From Salisapilia sapeloensis CBS 127946 (Eukaryota > Protista > Oomycota), in the NCBI GenBank assembly GCA_023334545.1, contig JAADVB010000197.1, positions 1 to 36,453 on the forward strand: a stretch of 36,453 nt of DNA. Direction: 5' to 3'. Below, one piece after another: positions 1-10,620 of the stretch (position 1 is the first letter of the stretch; each line of letters starts with the position of its first letter). The position numbers and the translations under genes are program-made. The notes under the pieces were generated by a model. The model was not told where the DNA came from. It was given only the letters and a program-made list of their open reading frames with translations, and searched no databases.

Positions 1-171
1 GGTATCGTCAAAGCGTTTGGTGCATATCCTATTAGACTTCCAGTTGTGGCAGTGGCCTGGCATCGAGAAGGGTTACAAGTACCATTTGGAGGACGGCGTG
101 ATCATGACGACAGTGGGCATGCGTCCAAAGGTCTTTGATGTAGAGTTCTTCCTTACCCAAGAAGAGGCTGA
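1..171 (+). repeat. Left arm of an inverted repeat pairing with 36271-36441; probably continues beyond the window
   Basis: Base-by-base comparison with the reverse complement of 36271-36441 gives 169/171 identity. Mismatches are at 101 (A vs G, Ile/Val) and 142 (A vs G, silent). Identity stops abruptly after GAAGAGGCTGA. Confidence 0.97.
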
Positions 172-1507
172 TGAGATCATTGCTCGAGGATCTGCAGACC
201 TCGTCCGCTCTGGCCAGGATGTGACAGGTGATACGTATTCAGACTCGCGTACGAGCTACACAGCTTTTCTTCACCACAGCGATTTTGTGCACGACTTCCA
301 AGCAAGATCAGCTTGGGTTGCACGGCTCCCATCTGCCTCTCACACAGAAGGTCTCCAACTCGTGCGTTATGAAGTTGGGCAACTTTATCGGAAGCATTTG
401 GATACCTTTCACTCACGTGACTTCCTACCAAAAGGATCCAATCAATACTCCATGAATGATTACATCGTCTGGACGATGCACGCCCAAGATACCTTGGCGA
501 AGCTAGACGAAAGCTCTATTCCTGAGAGGTTTCGGAAAGGACGTGAGCTTTACCCTGACGGGGACGCTCATTCTAGGTTTCCAAACGCACTTCTTCATCA
601 TTTCCTGAATGATGCAAACAGGACGAACACCTTGTTGGCTAGTAATGACAACGGATGGGCTATGAAGCTTCGACAACGACTGGAAACAAACGAGTCTAAA
701 CTCATGAATTACGTGACGGACTCTCGACCACACTACTTGCCTTTGATTGTACGTGCGTGGGAAGACAGACTTGGCCTACCAGAACTACATTATACATTTC
801 CAAAGCACCGACCGAATGGTGTGTCGCAGTTCTTCCACTGGATCCAGTGGGCTAAAGACAAGGTGGCGGACCTTGCCGACCAAGCACCAGAGGTAGCTCG
901 CCCTGGCGCTCACCTATATCCCAGCTTTACAGTGCTCTTCCAGCGCAAGATGATGATTCAGATGCTTACTACCTATTCGAAAAGCCTATTTTTGGAATTT
1001 GTAAATGAAAGAGCGTATGTGCTAATGCTTATGCATACGTTCCGACCTGACGGAGATAAACTAACGATGCTCCGTGTGCTTCAAAAGTACCCTGACTTGG
1101 CTGAACTAGCGATAAAGGCATGGGAAGGTGAAGTTGCTCACGATAAACTCCGATATAATGTTCCAAAGTATGTGAAGCATTATCATCCACAAAGGTACGC
1201 TACGTTGTTCCTGTACTTAAACAATCAGACGAAGAGCGGAGGCGAGACGGTGTTTCCTCATTCGCTCGATCGGTTCTCAAACACAACCGTGGAGCGCGAC
1301 GGGATGTCAGAGTGCTCTTCTGGATTGGCTGTTCCTCCCAGAGGGTTGCATGCATCTTTATTTTATCATCAGACGCCTGAAGGTGACGTGGATCGGATGA
1401 GTTTACACGGCGGGTGTCCGCCAGAGGAAGGCATTAAATGGGGTGCCAACGCTTTCATGTGGGACGCTGAGTGGGAAGAGGCGGTGGACTTGTGGACAAA
1501 CCAGTAG
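1..1507 (+). CDS. Prolyl 4-hydroxylase-like 2OG-Fe(II) dioxygenase, copy A; 5'-truncated by the window edge
   Basis: The frame is open from position 2 (VSSKRLVHILL...), so the ORF-track start at TTG 17 is not the true start. P4H motifs: RPKVFDVEFFLTQEEAD, RTS, LQLVRYEVGQLYRKHLD (HxD), RYATLFLYLN..GGETVFP, and distal LHGGCPPEEGIKWGANAFMW (His and 2OG-binding Lys). About 260 aa are inserted after HxD. No intron is needed. Confidence 0.9.
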   Translation, partial: VSSKRLVHILLDFQLWQWPGIEKGYKYHLEDGVIMTTVGMRPKVFDVEFFLTQEEADEIIARGSADLVRSGQDVTGDTYSDSRTSYTAFLHHSDFVHDFQARSAWVARLPSASHTEGLQLVRYEVGQLYRKHLDTFHSRDFLPKGSNQYSMNDYIVWTMHAQDTLAKLDESSIPERFRKGRELYPDGDAHSRFPNALLHHFLNDANRTNTLLASNDNGWAMKLRQRLETNESKLMNYVTDSRPHYLPLIVRAWEDRLGLPELHYTFPKHRPNGVSQFFHWIQWAKDKVADLADQAPEVARPGAHLYPSFTVLFQRKMMIQMLTTYSKSLFLEFVNERAYVLMLMHTFRPDGDKLTMLRVLQKYPDLAELAIKAWEGEVAHDKLRYNVPKYVKHYHPQRYATLFLYLNNQTKSGGETVFPHSLDRFSNTTVERDGMSECSSGLAVPPRGLHASLFYHQTPEGDVDRMSLHGGCPPEEGIKWGANAFMWDAEWEEAVDLWTNQ

Positions 1508-2513
1508 TTTAATGGACGAATTGCATGGTTATCACGCATGTATGATCACTACTTTCAATCAGCTAAGAGTTTCGCTTATAGCATTTACAACTTTACCTCA
1601 AGATACAAGTGCTGTGAAAAGTACACAAAAGCGCAATTAGAAAGAGCTTAAAGATAAATTCAAGTTTGACATGAGGTAGCTATTAAGTACAATCACTGCG
1701 CAAAGTACTTGCTACCAATTTTAATCGTCTATACATTGGACGGATAAATTGAATCCTCTTCTGATCCAACGGGAATAGCTAGGTGACAATTGATGCCTGA
1801 TTAGCCATATAAAGCTTGTACCAATGATGATTCAAGTGCAAGAGCTATATTGGAACTGAGTAGTTTATACCTTCGTATGTGGGTCCGAAATTATAGAAAC
1901 TGTCGTCACTGAAGTCATTTCTTTCTCCAACATCCCTCGGATGCTATATGTTCTTATAGAGAAGGTTTTGTTGCGGGAGAACATTGATATAATGTTCTCG
2001 ATAAGGGTGTGCTACCTGAATATCCGCTAACATGAGTACCAGATCTACGAAGCAAGAATGTTTTTTTATCTCTACATCAATTTATTAAGTAGAATTGAGC
2101 TTTCAATTATCAGCGGCATCGTACTAATATTATTTACGCTTACGTAGATGTAATGGCAACGAGATGAATGAATCCTTATCTACTTTGATTACATTATTAG
2201 CCACAAAGACTCAAACCAACATGCACCCTAGTTATACCAGTAGTAGATGCAAATAAGTGAACCACAATTGGTGTAGGGTGTTTCGATTCTCTAAGTATGT
2301 AGATAGAAAATTCCATAATTGTTCCACACCTGAGCGAATGCAAGGGAGCCTAGTGTAGATTGGCTGGTCAAGAAGAAAAGGAAAAAATTGAGCCCGATTA
2401 TCAACTTGGATCGTGTTATAAATACCAGGTAGTGATCATCGGTCAAACTTGGCACATGCACGGTAGTATGAAAGATAACCGCGTAGGACTCGAGTGCATT
2501 TATTCTTCACAAG

Positions 2514-2529
2514 CGTCATTTCGTTTTTC
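2514..2529 (+). promoter_or_regulatory. Oomycete-type INR/FPR core promoter-like motif
   Basis: CGTCATTTCGTTTTTC matches 14/16 positions of the Phytophthora-type consensus GCTCATTYBNNNWTTY and ends 34 bp upstream of the ATG at 2563. Confidence 0.5.
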
Positions 2530-2562
2530 GCCTTGTCCGGAAGACTTCCATTGAATCTCCAG

Positions 2563-3072
2563 ATGTCCGGTAACTTCGCTACAGCTATCGCATTTGCGGT
2601 ATTTCTACTTTCTTCGTGGCAAGCGCTCGCACTTGAGAAATACTACCGAATGCCATGCGAGTACTATGGCTGGGATGCTACAACTGCCGATGCAGCGCTC
2701 GATCAATTCGTGAAAACGATGAACTACATTCGGAATAACGCCGGCAACCCTAAAATGGTTTTCAATGATACGCTGTATGAAGCCGCTGAAATGCATGTTA
2801 AAGGAATGAGCGAGATGAATTTTACGGGAGAAATTTTCCCGAATGATACCGATAGCCAAGGTCGCAACAGCAGTCAAAGACTTGACGCGATTGGCTTGAG
2901 TTATTTCGCTTGCACTGAATCGTACGGCATCACTCCTCCTGAGAAGCTCGGCTATTACATGTGGAGCTATAACTATACCTTCCTGTATCTGAACAACAGC
3001 TACGCAACGGACTACGCTATTGCCCAGAAAGATAATTACTATGCTATGTACATTTGCGATCTCGGTGATTAA
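2563..3072 (+). CDS. Secreted CAP/SCP-like protein, 169 aa
   Basis: The ATG at 2563 gives a signal-peptide-like N-terminus (MSGNFATAIAFAVFLLSSWQALA). MNYIRNNAGNPKMVFNDTLYEAAEMHVKGM...SQRLDAIG...TESYG resembles the CAP pattern N..R...G.P.L.....L..AA..H...M....R....G....EN. Six N-x-S/T sequons. Confidence 0.7.
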   Translation: MSGNFATAIAFAVFLLSSWQALALEKYYRMPCEYYGWDATTADAALDQFVKTMNYIRNNAGNPKMVFNDTLYEAAEMHVKGMSEMNFTGEIFPNDTDSQGRNSSQRLDAIGLSYFACTESYGITPPEKLGYYMWSYNYTFLYLNNSYATDYAIAQKDNYYAMYICDLGD

Positions 3073-3591
3073 GTCTAAAACCTTAAGCTGCAAGACATTC
3101 TGTCTAGCAACCAGAAGTGATAAGACCAATACCACGCTTCTTCGATATTAGTGCCCCCCAAAGATGATTTTATTTAAGTGTGTTTTCCTAAGATGTCGAA
3201 TGGACAAAAAGCAATCGGATCATTTGTTTCTTTGTGAAAATGAACGTCTATAGCTTCTACTTTATCTACCTTCGGAAGGAAGATTTTGAGAGCTCCCATT
3301 AGACTTATACAAAATTATAGTAGTGACCCTCGTGTCATCCTTTAATACTTGACCTGGCGCTGCATACAATTGTAGCTCAATGACCAATAGTCCGTTTACC
3401 ACTAGGGCATTAAAGAAATAAAGTCACCTGTCCTTCACATGCTTCCAACAACATGCGTCGGACTTTTAAAAGAAGTCGGATCATCAACAAGTAAAATCTA
3501 CACAAGTATATGTGCAAACGATAAGGAGAGTAGTGTAGCATGCACTTCCATTATCAAAACGGTGATATGTTAAAACTTATCGTCGAAAGCA

Positions 3592-6500
3592 TCACATTTC
3601 AAACATGAGCTCCGCTGCGAGATTCCGCTGAGTTGAATTCCGACTTCGTTCTAACTCTCGTTCCAAGCGTCCGACTACGGCTTCCGACCGATGAAGCTTG
3701 GACGACAGCGTCGCTCGTTCCATTGCGAGCTGCTGAAGTCGATTATCTCTCTATATTCACGACTAGAATTAGTACACATCTCATCTCCAAGCTACACATT
3801 AAAAAGACCTTGATGGCAGCATCTGCAAAGTCCGTGTCCGTGACAGATCGACGCTTGACTACATCACGAGCTTCATCCCTCATATGGCGCACAAAGCTAC
3901 CGCCTTCTACTTGCCTCGATAGCATATGTACATTCGACAGCAACGACTGAACGGTGGCTCTCGCACCTTGACGCTTCACCCTCTGTCTATCCAATACGCG
4001 CAGCAAGCTCTGCTCGTCACACAGCGCATTCTCCAGCGCCTCTCTCATATTTTCCTCCTTTTCTTCCTCTACATCTTCCCCCATCTCTCTCTCTTCACAC
4101 CGTTTCAATCGCTGTTTCGCTTCATCCAGCGCATTCTCAACATACTGCCGTTCGTCCGGTTGACAAAAGTCACTCTGCAGCACTTCACGCAGTCGATTCA
4201 CTTGATCCCTCGCTGCTTCCTTCTCTTGCACAAGCGTATACTGATCTTCCAGTGTCAATTCATGTAGAATCTTCTTCTTTTCCTCTCGAAGTCCTTGCTT
4301 CTCCTGTCTGTACCACGCCAGTAGTTCATCCTCACTTCCTCCGCCATTCAATTTGGCTTCTAGCTTGGCATTTCGGTCCAAAAGAGCCAAGAGCTGCGAT
4401 TCCAAGTCCTCTTGAATACTCGTCCCGCTTGACGTCGACTTCTTCAGCTGCCGCTGCAAGTGCGTCGCCTTCGTCTTCATCTCTACCTTCTTCCGCTCAG
4501 CTTCACTCGCACGATGTTCTAGTACCTGTATCTTGTCTTCACTCTCCTTTTTCATCTTCTCTAGTGCTTTTTGTAATTCCTTATTTCGTTTCATCAAGTC
4601 ATTTCGTTCCATCGTCAAAGCATCCACTTGTTCCTGCCGCAAGGCAAAACACTCTCGGCAGGTACGTATGCCAGCGTTAAATCTATTCAATCCGTCTTCC
4701 TCCAACAGCTCCTTCATCTGCTGCACTTGGAAATCAGCGAATTTCGCAGATGACAAGGCTGTCTCCTGCTCCTCTTTACTCGACTGCACTTGCTTCTCCA
4801 AGTGCCCCACCGTCTCCTGATACCTGTCCATCTTCTTCTGCAACTTGGTGCCGATGCGACTTATACGACGTCTTTCTCTCCGAAGCTCCTTGCTTTCTTC
4901 ATCCTGTGCTAGTGCATCGTCATCGTCCGATACGTCTTCTTCATCAGACGTGACCTCCGGACTCGACAGCATCGGCACCTTATCCTCCGCTTTATCCATG
5001 AGCTCTTCCACCACGACACGATAAGTGTTCAAGAGCTCCGCAAAGTCCTCACTCGGCTCTCCTCGTATCTCTTCCAGCGTCGGAGCATCGGACAAGACGC
5101 CATCCTGTCCAGTACTGACGCTCGATCGATCTTCCATACTCTTCCTCGACGCCATCGCTTTATTCTCTAACAGATCACACAATTCCTGTCGCACGAGCTC
5201 ATTCTCAGCTTCCAGTTCCTTGGTCTTTACCACCTGCGTCTCCCGTTTCTTCTTCTCCGCCTCCAACTTGGATTTTAACTCGCCATTCATCTGCGTCAAT
5301 GCATTTAACGTTGCAGACGAGACCGTATGATCACTGTCTTTACGAGTGTAGTGGAGACGAGGTGCTGGTAAGTGAGACTGCTTCGGAGTGTACGTAGACG
5401 ACGTATCGGACTCGGCGTCACTCGTATCCACAGACGCTCGCTGGCCAGACGCAAAGGACAGAGCCCGATGCTCCTCGAAGCGACAGATCATACGGTACAA
5501 GAGCATCTCCAGTCGTCCAGAGCGTTCCCCTCCCTCTTGATTATCAGCTCCACTTGCCTTGAGCAAGTTCTGCATGACATCCAACGCCGGTTCCCATCTA
5601 TTTAAACTACTCTTACTTTCTTGCGGTACAAACGATGGAGGAACTTCTTGATTGTCACTAGATGATAGCTCCGCGACACGCTGCCGCAGTCGCGCTACTT
5701 CCTGCTTGAGCATCGGCACGAGTCCTTCCGCATCTTCATTCTGGACAGCTCGATTCTGGATGAACTTGGCACGTTGCGCAAACTTTAGTGTCGACAGCGT
5801 TTCACTAAAGTACTTGTCTTCCACCGATACGGTCGCAATGAGTGTCGTGACGGCATTCCCACCTAACGAGTCACGAAGTAAGAACGTCAGTTTCGAGTCT
5901 CGATAGTGCACATGTCGTTTCTGGCCGTTCGATACGTCTACGAGCGACATGATGACATTGCCCAACGCTGACAAGGACTTGTTGATCTGCGCTGCTTCCT
6001 TTAGGTGTTCACCCGCGACCTTTGTCTGCCGCTGTTTCTCGGACCCAGCAAGGTCCACGAGGTGGAGCATCGACCTCCTTGTCACTGTCAGGCCTGATCG
6101 ACCCTTTTGGACTTGCGAAAGGTACAAGGTGAAGACTGCATGCGACCTAGAACTCTCTCGATTCATGTCCGTAGACGCCATGTGTCGGTTCCCGGCCCCC
6201 TTTTGCAAGAGTTGCATAGCTTCGTCTTCTGAGGTGATCTGTTCTTTACTTAGTTCTTGCACGTACACGCCATTCTCTGCATCCTCTCGAAGCGTCTTTG
6301 GCTTTTGAGTCGCTGCATCTTCCAACAAATCAAAAACTTTTTCATTATAGATTTCCAAGTACGAACAAGAGAGTTTGTACTCGGACGGAGCATCGTCTTC
6401 CGGGCTAGATGTATCGTCTAGGCGACGAAAGAGATGATCGAGCACACGTGGGATCATGCCTCGAAGAGGAGATACGCGAAGAGCATGCGTGTCATCCATC

Positions 6501-7209
6501 CCGGTACCTCCAAGCATCGTAAACGTTTTGCCACTTCCAGTCTGTCCGTAGGCAAAGATACAGCCATTATACCCTTTGACAGCATTCTCTACTGCACGTA
6601 GACCGGCGTCTTGGAAAATGTCTTCTTGAGAGCTGTCGAAAGGAAACACACGATCAAAGCCAAAACGCTTCTCCTGAAGCGTCAGGGGTGCGAGTGTCAC
6701 GCCTTTGCCATCCGGTGCGATCTCCAACCAATTCGTATTCACGTCTTTTGCTGCGCTAGAGCGACGACGAGGTCGTTCGTCCTGATTCGACCTCTTGCTG
6801 ATCGGACGAAGACGAAGCAATACACGAATGTTATCTGCTCGACTACCATCATCTAATACGTTGACACTAGGATCTAGCGGCAGTTCCGTCTGGTCGGTCT
6901 GGAGCGACATGCGTGCTGTCGAAGTGGAGGAAGAGGAGGCAAGAGAAGAGCAGGAGGAGACAGACGGGAGAATGGATGCACCGGAAGAGGCTCGAGTGAT
7001 CCGTGTAGTGGGTCGAGGAGGGGACTGTCGTGGCGTCGGAAGCGACGAACGAGCATTGTTCTCGCCCATGGACGACCGTCGAGCAGTCAATGGAGGAATC
7101 CTATACCGAAGCAATAGCAGACGAATAAGAGACTATCAAGATGATATACCATCTTCTCAATGGTTTTCTAGTATGTGACGTACTTGGACGAAAGCGTTGG
7201 GATGGGCAT
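3592..7209 (-). CDS. Kinesin-12 (KIF15-like) motor with a long coiled-coil tail, ~1158 aa, 3 exons
   Basis: P-loop GQTGSGKT, NRESSRSH, LVDLAGSE, and the KIF15-like LVDVSNGQKRHVHYRDSKLTFLLRDSLGGN. Proposed exons are 7209-7184, 7100-3809 and 3750-3592 (3477 nt, in frame). The last donor (GTCTTT) is weak, so the 3' exon is less certain. Confidence 0.88.
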
Positions 7210-7385
7210 GATAGCAAGAGTCGGGGATGCCAATGGAACGAAAGAGTCGCTTTCTTGTGTATCTCTGTTTACCGATGATTGTCCCGAATGGAAGACAGGT
7301 GATGGTAGATGTGTATGTGGTAGTGCTTGAGACTGTCCAAGTGGATGCTGAGACTCGAGACCAACCTCCCGTCGCTCTTCCTCCA

Positions 7386-7393
7386 AAATGAGC
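7386..7393 (-). promoter_or_regulatory. INR-like motif upstream of the kinesin
   Basis: GCTCATTT on the minus strand. The first downstream ATG is 7209, which splices in frame into the kinesin ORF. Confidence 0.4.
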
Positions 7394-8018
7394 TTTCAGT
7401 CCTTTGAAGCCATCTTGTCTCTATCTCGCTTTATTAGAGACGTTTGTACCGAACAAGTCAGTTTTCAGAATATCCTGTCCAACATGATCCTCTTACTTTT
7501 CATATGTTTTCTATATTTGATGTCGGTCAGTCCCACCACTGTTTAGTTATGGGTTTATACAGTGAATACTTCAAACAAGTTTAATTTATACATTTTAAGG
7601 AGCTTTATAAATTTTAGGGATTATAAAGTAATTTGTGAAGAGTCTCTTCTCACCGGAACCTTGTATAATTAGTTACCCTTTTTAAAGTGATTATGTCGAA
7701 ATCCGTTAAATGGATTAGGTTTGACAGGATTGTTTGTGTGTTCCGGAAAAGTACGTTCGACCGAAGTAACGAGTATCTCTACGATCGACCTGAACTTGCT
7801 CCATGCTACATCGATGTGTTCGCGTCCATTATCGATTCGGTCGATGATAATTGATAAAGACATAAAGCAGTACTAGATATAAAGTCAAGATTCGTGAGAT
7901 GTATCCTATGACTGCTCCAAGTCGGAAGAAAGTTTCCTGAAAATGGAAGAATGGTGTATTGAGAGAAAGAAAGAATTTCATACGTCCGAGATGGCATGTA
8001 TTCCAGGTGGCAACTTGT

Positions 8019-8800
8019 CTACAGGAACTGCGCAATCCAGCGGAACCCATCCGCGTATCCCATTCGACGAACGACCGAGCACATAAAGAGCTCAATCGGA
8101 CGAATGTTTCCGTCCCGATTGCCATTCGTGTCCTTGCCAAACGTCTCGTACAGACCAAGTGCAGCACGAAGCTCTTCTTCCGACGCAGCGCGAGGAACAT
8201 CAATCTTGTTACCGAGCACCAGGAACGGAACGTTCGCAAGTTCGTCATACCCGAGCAACGTGTCGAGTTCACGCTTGCTTTCCGGGAAACGTTCCTTGTC
8301 CAGGGCGTCGACGACGAAGACGACGCCATCGACGGTGGCAAAGTAGTCCAGCCACAGTCGACGAGCAGCTTCGTGACCACCAAGGTCAAACGTACGCAAT
8401 CGTAGCTGTCCGATCAAAAGCTCCTCCGAGTCTAGAAAGAGTCATAGTGAGTATACGATCGATGGATCGATGGATCGCATCGGTCTTCCCGAGGAAGAAT
8501 GGATGGGATTACGTCAACAAGATCCAAGTAGGTGGAAGATGTACGTACTCGGGTGGAGCGTAGGCTCGTGGACTGCGACGCGGTCATCCTTGAGCATGTG
8601 TAGAAGAGTCGTTTTGCCAGCATTGTCCAATCCCAGGAAGAGCAATTTAGCGTCCTTGTGGTACAATCCTGTGGTGAAGAGCAGACGACAAGGTTAGTGT
8701 GATTTGTTCAGGTGTGGTAATCCAGCGTGTATGCAGAGGGTGCTGGATTAAACGTACCGAGGTAGCCAAGGACGCTGTAGAACCAGTCGAGCACGAACAT
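8019..8800 (-). CDS. SAR1: Small GTPase Sar1 (COPII), 191 aa, 3 exons
   Basis: Exons 8800-8758, 8668-8549 and 8431-8019 (576 nt) splice to [59 protein letters not shown]...DLGGH...NKID...[20 protein letters not shown]. Introns are canonical GTACGT...AG. Confidence 0.97.
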
Positions 8801-9770
8801 GATAAAGAAAGTAGATCGACTTCTCCCTTCTTGTCTCTTTTCAGCGGTGCCTGCCCCCTAAACGAAATCACTTGCCATTTGTATGGCAGACCACCCAACT
8901 TTCTGTCGTTTCAGACGATTTGATTGGTCTTGAAATAGAACCTGATTTTTGGGAAGCTGCTTCGTTGTCTTTGTGTCCAGAATATTTTATGCAGATCTTT
9001 CGCATGCAGCGGTAGTACTGCTATCCTCTTGTCTGCTCTTCCGACGTGTTTGTAAGGAGTAGTCCCTGGTTTGGCGTATAAGAATGTGACTTTTCGAATT
9101 GACGTTCGCCGTGTGATCTTTGCTCAGTGGACATGACAGTCGAATACATCTAACTAGTCAGGTTTCCACATCGTCATGTACTTGAGATTGGAGGATTGTA
9201 AAGATTGTGCCTAGTGCATGTGACAGCGCAGACTCGCTTCATCAAACTAGAAGCCTTCTTCATATCCTACGAAAAGCTAGCACACTGACCGAGGGCCATC
9301 TATCACTGGAAATCTGCATTAGACGCACGGCCGAACACAATATGATATGCAATATCTGCATGTTAAACCAAGTAGGTACACAAATCCACGGAAATATAGT
9401 ACTCTTCTTGAAGGCTACAACATCATTTACCTAGGCATTTGCAGTAAGACCACCAATATTGTGCAGTTCCAGCGCCAAATAGTAAAGTTTCCATGTCTTT
9501 ATATCGAAACCTTGCATGCAGCCATTCATGATACGATGGTAAAGCCTTCCAAGAGATTTCCATCTACAGCATTAATGCCCTTGGTCTACAACATGAACAA
9601 ACAAATGTACCTTCAGGCAAAATATGCATCCCAAGACTGCGATCGCTACCTCGTTCCCATCATTACCATGCACTGTCTCAGCACGCTGAATCCTAGCTCC
9701 ACGACTGTATACAAATCGCAAGTCAAATACCGCCGACAACAAGGCAGGACACGAAATAGCACCAGGCAGT

Positions 9771-10559
9771 ATGAGGAGAAACATTGGCATCGGTCGCGTT
9801 TTGCATCAAAACAAGGTGAATGAAAAGTACCAGGGCATGGGAAATGAGATCGCCGAAGCGAACTTATCTCACGTCACATCCCAACTCGAATCCTTTCGTC
9901 AGAACCTCCAACAATTCGCCATCAAGTACAAGAATAACATTAAAAAGGACCCAGAGTTCCGTCGTAACTTTCAGATCATGTGCGCTAAAATCGGTGTCGA
10001 TCCACTCGCATCTACCAAAGGTTTCTGGTCCGAATTGCTTGACGTCGGCGACTTTTACTACGAACTAGCCGTCCAAATCATTGAAATCTGTATTTTAACA
10101 CGTCCGAAGAATGGCGGACTCATCGGTATGAGTGACCTCCTGCGTCTTCTAGACAGTAAACGAGGACCTGGCATGCAGAGGGTCTCAGACGATGATGTCA
10201 AACGAGCCGTGAATAAGTTGAGTATCCTAGGCGAAGGTTTCCAACTCATCGAGATGGAAGAGCGGACGATGGTCGTGACGGTGCCAGTAGTGCTCAGTTC
10301 CGACCATGCGACTATTCTAGCGCAGGCACAGAACACTGGGGGTATGGTGACTGTCAGCTTGCTTTCGAAGGAACTGGATTGGGAGAAGAAGCGAAGTAAA
10401 CTGGCACTCGACGTCCTCTTACGCGAAGGCATGACGTGGGTCGATAATCAGGTACTCTATCTATCTATAAACCCCTGATGATGTACTAACAGACAACGAT
10501 AGCCGAACGAAACGTCGTATTACTTTCCTAGCATCACGCTTGCTGGCAACTACACCTAA
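9771..10559 (+). CDS. VPS22: ESCRT-II subunit Vps22/Snf8 (EAP30), 245 aa, 2 exons
   Basis: Conserved MRRNIGIG..., DPEFRRNFQIMCAKIGVDPLAS.KGFWSELLDVGDFYYELAVQIIEIC and GMTWVD. Intron 10452-10502 (GTACTC..TACTAAC..TAG); exon 2 at 10503-10559 gives the typical YYFPS C-terminus. Confidence 0.95.
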
Positions 10560-10620
10560 GGGACGTATTCAAATGGAGGAAAAATTGTGCTCTGTTCGTA
10601 TTTCAAATGTAATTTCATCC

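Noticed and set aside
17-19. ORF-track starts at TTG 17 and at 36425 for the two dioxygenases
   Set aside because: Both frames stay open to the window edges, and eukaryotic TTG initiation is unlikely. The genes are truncated, not starting here.
1-171. Site-specific recombinase core site within the repeat arms
   Set aside because: No convincing dyad or spacer structure, only short chance palindromes such as TCATGA, and no recombinase gene in the window. Any inversion would more likely use homologous recombination.
1508-2560. 1-kb intergenic stretch after dioxygenase A examined for a transposon or recombinase remnant
   Set aside because: No terminal repeats, target-site duplication or transposase/recombinase-like ORF recognised.
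4620-4700. Odd segment GLNRFNAGIRTCRECF in the kinesin coiled coil, considered as an in-frame intron
   Set aside because: The only GT-AG pair found spans 32 nt, which is too short for this genome and not a multiple of 3.
3633-7178. Many 60-140 aa plus-strand ORFs over the kinesin
   Set aside because: Antisense shadows of the coding strand with no recognisable motifs.
7613-7619. TTTAGGG telomere-like heptamer in an AT-rich intergenic region
   Set aside because: Single copy, expected by chance.
8457-8476. GATCGATG tandem repeat in SAR1 intron 2
   Set aside because: Only 2.5 copies of a simple repeat, with no further structure.
9347-9823. 158-aa plus-strand ORF upstream of and overlapping VPS22
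   Set aside because: No recognisable homology, and it overlaps the VPS22 start in another frame.
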